Shown: positions 31,773 to 32,000 of the stretch, piece by piece
How positions within the stretch are numbered: the stretch's first letter is position 1
Layout: each line of letters opens with the position of its first letter
DNA from: Candidatus Iainarchaeum sp.
GTDB lineage: Archaea > Iainarchaeota > Iainarchaeia > Iainarchaeales > JACQJH01
Assembly (NCBI GenBank): GCA_016205145.1
Contig: JACQJH010000001.1
Span: forward strand, 390,001 to 422,000
Direction of reading: 5' to 3'
Length of the DNA stretch: 32,000 nt
Translations under genes and position numbers: made by a program
Notes under the pieces: generated by a model
Seen by the model: the letters and a program-made list of their open reading frames with translations, nothing else
Told to the model about the DNA's origin: nothing
Database searches by the model: none

Positions 31773-31826
31773 TTTAAAAAGGCTTGAACATTTAAAGCTT
31801 TAAAAGGGTTTAAAAAGGTATTTAAG
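31773..31826 (-). promoter_or_regulatory. cluster of five TTTAAA-type T/A boxes upstream of tbp
   Basis: The boxes are tttaaaaa at 31773-31780, tttaaa at 31791-31796, tttaaaa at 31799-31805, tttaaaaa at 31809-31816 and tatttaag at 31819-31826. The proximal box lies 16-23 nt from the tbp ATG (31757), which implies a leaderless or very short-leader mRNA. Confidence 0.4.
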
Positions 31827-31884
31827 CGCGGGGCCTTTCACGGCATTGCGGATTATAATTTGGCCAAGCAAATAGCTGACTGGT

Positions 31885-32000
31885 TCAGTGGGCGAACGGA
31901 TTGTCTTCTATGGCCGGCTGCGGCACTGCCTGCTTTTTGCGTTCGCGGTGGAATCTTTCGTATGCCTTGAGGGTTTCCTCGCCGGTTTTGCCGCGCAGTA
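31885..32000 (-). CDS. 3' end of an unidentified gene that runs off the window
   Basis: The minus-strand frame reads ...LRGKTGEETLKAYERFHRERKKQAVPQPAIEDNPFAH and stops with TGA at 31885-31887. It is too short to be identified. Confidence 0.3.
   Translation of the reverse strand, partial: LRGKTGEETLKAYERFHRERKKQAVPQPAIEDNPFAH

Noticed and set aside
1-32000. Searched by eye for CRISPR arrays (regularly spaced 25-40 nt direct repeats), cas genes, integrases, transposases and IS-type terminal inverted repeats
   Set aside because: None found. The only tandem or inverted repeats are the short promoter-region elements reported above. The CARF-type genes therefore appear orphan within this window.

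Overview
Archaeal chromosomal segment. The assignment rests on an archaeal TATA-binding protein, AglB/STT3, AglH, a stand-alone 5S rRNA, and T/A boxes about 25-35 nt upstream of most start codons. No CRISPR array, cas gene, integrase or transposase is visible. The window has three parts.
(1) 1-5.7 kb is a visibly more AT-rich accessory island. A minus-strand operon encodes a Csa3-type CARF+wHTH regulator, a NucS/DUF91-type PD-(D/E)xK nuclease fusion and an unknown protein. It is transcribed divergently from a plus-strand operon encoding a zinc-ribbon AAA+ ATPase, four small unknown ORFs and a protein with seven CxxC pairs. This is my best candidate for an undescribed signal-sensing, defence-like or mobile system.
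(2) 5.7-29.9 kb is a large surface-glycan / N-glycosylation island with about 9 glycosyltransferases. It also holds an RmlA-like gene, RmlB, three further SDR sugar-modifying enzymes, a B12-binding radical SAM enzyme, an alkaline-phosphatase-superfamily phosphodiesterase, a GT-C membrane transferase and a flippase-like protein. It ends in a tightly packed AglB-AglH-Alg14-Alg13-GT2-GT2-epimerase operon. Two odd regulators are embedded in it: a second Csa3-like CARF+wHTH protein and a protein with four tandem excisionase-type HTH domains.
(3) 29.9-32 kb holds a nested-palindrome element in a divergent promoter, a membrane-anchored P/Q/R-rich unknown protein, the 5S rRNA and tbp. The two halves of tbp share long identical DNA blocks.
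All functional calls come from motif recognition by eye. No database search was run.
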